Source: Lachnospiraceae bacterium
GTDB taxonomy: Bacteria; Bacillota; Clostridia; Lachnospirales; Lachnospiraceae
Length of the DNA: 37,416 bases
Assembly (NCBI GenBank): GCA_051879255.1
Contig: JBJELR010000335.1
Span: 1-37,416, forward strand
Direction: 5' to 3'
Shown: positions 34,651 to 37,416 of the stretch, one piece after another
How the letters are laid out: each line of letters starts with the position of its first letter
Numbering within the stretch: position 1 is the first letter of the stretch
Translations under genes and position numbers: made by a program
The notes under the pieces: generated by a model
Databases searched by the model: none
Told to the model about the DNA's origin: nothing
What the model saw: the letters and a program-made list of their open reading frames with translations, nothing else

Positions 34651-35529
34651 ATGAAACAGGCTTTTTTGATTACTGCCTATGAGGATTTTGAATGGCTCAA
34701 AAGCATTGTGGAAATTTATGCAAAATGGGCAGACTGTTACATCCATGTAGATAAAAAAACGGTTATCCCCAAAGCGTTTCGGGAATGGGTCGCCGGAATG
34801 CCGGGAGTATATCTCTATTCCCGATACAGAATCAACTGGGGAAGCTATAAGCATATCAGTGCGATTCTTTTTCTGCTTAAGGAAGCCATGAAGGCGAATA
34901 AATATCAATATTTTCATCTTGTCAGTGCCAATTCCTTCGTCACCAGACCCATGAAGGAGGTACTGGATTATTTTGAACAGGATGCAGAGAAAATCTATCT
35001 GGAGATTATCGATTTGGATGAGGTGGATAAGGACAGGGTGATTGAACCCTGGTACATCTATTATCACTTTCTTCATCTATACAATAAACGCAGCAGTTTG
35101 GGCAACAATGTAGATTATTATTTTTGTAAAATACAAAAGCGATTGGGAATTTGCAGAAAGCTTCATTTTCGCTATAAGGGCCTGGTATATTGCCATTTAC
35201 CGCTTGCGGCAGTGGAGTATGTTTTCCGGTTTATGAAAGACAATCCCGGCTATTTTCGCCGACTTAAGACCTGTAATATTGCAGAGGAATTTTTCTTCCA
35301 GAATATTCTGATGTACTCACCGTTAAAGGAGAGAATCTGTCCCTCACATCTGCTTTATGACAAATGGGATGCTAAAGGAGTGGCCTGCTTTCTGTCTGAG
35401 GAGGATTATCCGAAGCTAAAAAAGGATAAGTATCTGTTTGCCAGAAAATTTGGCCAAGGCAGCGGTTCTCTTTTTAAACGAATCTGTAGGGATATGGGAG
35501 AAAAAACAGAGGAGTCCGTTAGTGATTAG
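34651..35529 (+). CDS. GT14-family (core-2/I-branching, beta-1,6-GlcNAc-transferase-like) glycosyltransferase
   Basis: ORF 34627..35529. ATG 34651 has AAGGAG 8 nt upstream. The pattern AFLITAYEDFEWLKSIV...YIHVDKK...YRINWGSYKHISAILFLL...YFHLVSANSF matches bacterial Branch-domain proteins as I recall them. Confidence 0.65.
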   Translation: MKQAFLITAYEDFEWLKSIVEIYAKWADCYIHVDKKTVIPKAFREWVAGMPGVYLYSRYRINWGSYKHISAILFLLKEAMKANKYQYFHLVSANSFVTRPMKEVLDYFEQDAEKIYLEIIDLDEVDKDRVIEPWYIYYHFLHLYNKRSSLGNNVDYYFCKIQKRLGICRKLHFRYKGLVYCHLPLAAVEYVFRFMKDNPGYFRRLKTCNIAEEFFFQNILMYSPLKERICPSHLLYDKWDAKGVACFLSEEDYPKLKKDKYLFARKFGQGSGSLFKRICRDMGEKTEESVSD

Positions 35530-36547
35530 CATAATTGTTCCTGTTTATAACGCTGAAAATTATATAGAGGATTGTATAAACAGCATCCTGAGTCAAAGCT
35601 ATAGGGACTGGGAGCTGCTATTAATTGACAATGGCTCCAAGGACAATAGCTTAGAGCTTTGTCAAAGGATGGCTGGGGGAGAGGAGAGAATCTGTGTATT
35701 TTCTCAGGAAGTGAATGGCGGGGTTTCTGCGGCCAGAAATCTGGGAATGGCTAAGGCCACAGGAGAATGGATTACCTTCATTGATGCAGACGACTGGGTG
35801 CAGCCTGATTTTCTGGAAAGACTGTTTGAAATCCGGGAAAAAAATCAGGCAGATATGGTAGTCTGTAGTTATCGAAAGAGCTATCCTAAAGACAGAGAAG
35901 CCTATCGGCAGACTGCTGTTCAAGAGATTGCAGCAGGTAAGGAAGGAAGGCAAAAGAAAGACTATCCCTCAATGCCGGAAAAGGAATATGGGTGGAGGGA
36001 GTATCTGGAAAACTATCTCTTAGCAGGAAACAGCCATTGTTGGGGAGTGCTTTATCGGAAAAAGCTGCTGCAGGGTATAGAATTTTTGCTCAATCTTTCC
36101 ATCGGGGAAGATTTACTGTTTTTGATTGATGCGGCTCTGAAGGCTGAAAAAATTACAGTAACCGATTATCCGGGCTATTACTATTATATCAATACCCAGG
36201 GCGCCATGGAAAAGCCCTTTACGCCTTCCTATATGGATCAGATTACCTGCTGGCAGGAGGCACTGGGGAAACTGACAAAAGTATACCCCAAGCTGACCCA
36301 TCGTGTGGAAAGCCATCTGCTGACTGCAGTCCTTTTGGTGGTGGGAAAGCTGGCCAGGCTTCCCAAAGAGGAACGAAGGAAATACGTAAGGCAGCAGGAA
36401 TATTGCCTTACATTGGCCAGAGAGTACAGCAAAAAAAGGGAAGTGATTTCCTATTTGCCATCGGGATATCCTTTAAAGGTCAGGGTATACTGTTTTTTTC
36501 CCCGGATTTACCTGTGGGTCTATGGCAGATGGAAGAAGGTAAAATAG
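35522..36547 (+). CDS. GT2 glycosyltransferase
   Basis: It lies inside ORF 35438..36547. GTG 35522 has AGAGGAG 7 nt upstream and gives the N-terminus ISIIVPVYN, which is typical of GT2. Other motifs are LLIDNGSKDNS and FIDADDW. The start overlaps the upstream stop by 8 nt. Confidence 0.8.
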   Translation: MISIIVPVYNAENYIEDCINSILSQSYRDWELLLIDNGSKDNSLELCQRMAGGEERICVFSQEVNGGVSAARNLGMAKATGEWITFIDADDWVQPDFLERLFEIREKNQADMVVCSYRKSYPKDREAYRQTAVQEIAAGKEGRQKKDYPSMPEKEYGWREYLENYLLAGNSHCWGVLYRKKLLQGIEFLLNLSIGEDLLFLIDAALKAEKITVTDYPGYYYYINTQGAMEKPFTPSYMDQITCWQEALGKLTKVYPKLTHRVESHLLTAVLLVVGKLARLPKEERRKYVRQQEYCLTLAREYSKKREVISYLPSGYPLKVRVYCFFPRIYLWVYGRWKKVK

Positions 36548-36584
36548 GGAACGTTCAAGTATTCGCAAAAAAGGGGAGTAGGAA

Positions 36585-37416
36585 TTGGTTAAACAAGACA
36601 GTGCCATAGGAATAAGTAAGGAACAGGAAAAGGTGGTTTTGTATGCCCACGCAGGCAGTGGGAATCATGGCTGTGAGGCTCTTGCAAATACTCTTTGCAA
36701 GCTGATACAAAGACCCATAAGACTGGTAACCAACAGTGTTAAAGAGGATGAAAGCTATACCTTAAGGGGATTATGTGAAATTCAACCGGAGAGGAATATC
36801 CGGGCAAATAGAATCGCCCATATTTTCTACTATGGCTGGCGTATGGTGACTGGAGACAGGGAGTCTTTTCAACGCTACCGCTTTCGAAATGTACTGGGAA
36901 AAAATGCCTGCAAATGGAACATCTCCATAGGTGGAGATAATTATTGTTATGAGAATATGCTTAAGGACTTGATTCTGGCTAACAGTATGTTCAACCGCCG
37001 GGGAAGCAAGACCATTCTTTTAGGCTGCTCCATTGAGCCCCGGCTTTTGGAAGAGGAAGCTATCCGACAGGATATGAACCGATATACGGCTATTTTTGCC
37101 AGAGAATCCCTTACCTATGAGGCACTGAAAAAAGCGGGGATTAAATCCCGGCTCTACCTCTATCCTGATTCTGCCTTTACCCTGGATACTAAGAAGCTGC
37201 CTCTGCCTACAGGCTTTCAGAAGGGAAATACGGTGGGAATCAACATTAGCCCGATGATTGTAGAGAATGAGAAGGATTCCGGGATTACCATGAAAAATTA
37301 TCGGGCATTAATCCGATATATTCTGGATCATACGGATATGAGTGTGGCACTGATTCCCCATGTGGTTTGGGAAAGAAATGATGACAGAAAAACGTTGGCA
37401 GAATTGTACAGCTATT
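36585..37416 (+). CDS. Polysaccharide pyruvyl transferase family protein (WcaK/EpsO/CsaB superfamily), truncated at the 3' window edge
   Basis: This gene is not in the supplied ORF track. My manual translation of the frame from 36585 runs to the window end with no stop. TTG 36585 has AAGGGGAG 6 nt upstream, and an in-frame TAG at 36579 bounds the ORF. Motifs are LYAHAGSGNHGCEAL, SIGGDNYCY, FARESLTYEALKKAG, YPDSAF and LIPHV. Confidence 0.75.
   Translation, partial: MVKQDSAIGISKEQEKVVLYAHAGSGNHGCEALANTLCKLIQRPIRLVTNSVKEDESYTLRGLCEIQPERNIRANRIAHIFYYGWRMVTGDRESFQRYRFRNVLGKNACKWNISIGGDNYCYENMLKDLILANSMFNRRGSKTILLGCSIEPRLLEEEAIRQDMNRYTAIFARESLTYEALKKAGIKSRLYLYPDSAFTLDTKKLPLPTGFQKGNTVGINISPMIVENEKDSGITMKNYRALIRYILDHTDMSVALIPHVVWERNDDRKTLAELYSY

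Noticed and set aside
1-37416. A search for CRISPR arrays, tRNA/rRNA genes, IS elements, integrases, toxin-antitoxin or defence-type genes
   Set aside because: I found no spaced direct repeats, cloverleaf-like segments, terminal inverted repeats, or transposase, recombinase or nuclease motifs. Every sizeable ORF is explained by glycan biosynthesis or export functions.

Overview
All supported genes in this 37.4 kb window lie on the + strand. They form one tightly packed glycan-biosynthesis super-operon of about 30 CDS, many with overlapping stop and start codons. GGAGG-type ribosome-binding sites and the protein families suggest a Clostridia/Lachnospiraceae-like Firmicute, but that is inference only. 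I saw no rRNA, tRNA, CRISPR array, transposase or integrase.

The locus reads as three modules.

(A) 1-9362 is an Arn-like set. It holds a WecE-type dTDP-4-amino-4,6-dideoxyhexose transaminase, a GNAT acetyltransferase, a GtrB/ArnC-type polyprenyl-phosphate glycosyltransferase, two large polytopic candidate GT-C membrane proteins, and an 840-aa O-antigen-ligase-like (Wzy_C) protein.

(B) 9355-24783 is an initiation and uronic-acid module. It holds a CapD/PglF/EpsC-type 4,6-dehydratase, a PglE/EpsN-type aminotransferase and a PglC/EpsL-type phosphoglycosyltransferase. An ATP-grasp ligase sits where an acetyltransferase is normally found. The module also carries a TviB/TviC-like dehydrogenase and epimerase (UDP-GalNAcA route), four GT4 enzymes and two AsnB-like amidotransferases.

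(C) 24777-37416 is a decoration and export module. It holds a GT2-GT11 fusion, a second divergent GT11-like protein, a DUF5672-like protein, GT17, GT14 and three more GT2 enzymes. It also has a fused PglK/MsbA-type ABC exporter, a Wzy-like polymerase and a 3'-truncated pyruvyl transferase that is absent from the ORF track.

The most unusual non-coding signal is a 58-nt intergenic module with a perfect 10-bp hairpin. It occurs twice (4904-4961 and 27821-27878, 53/58 identical) immediately upstream of two unrelated genes. All functional calls rest on motif recognition by eye, and no database search was possible.
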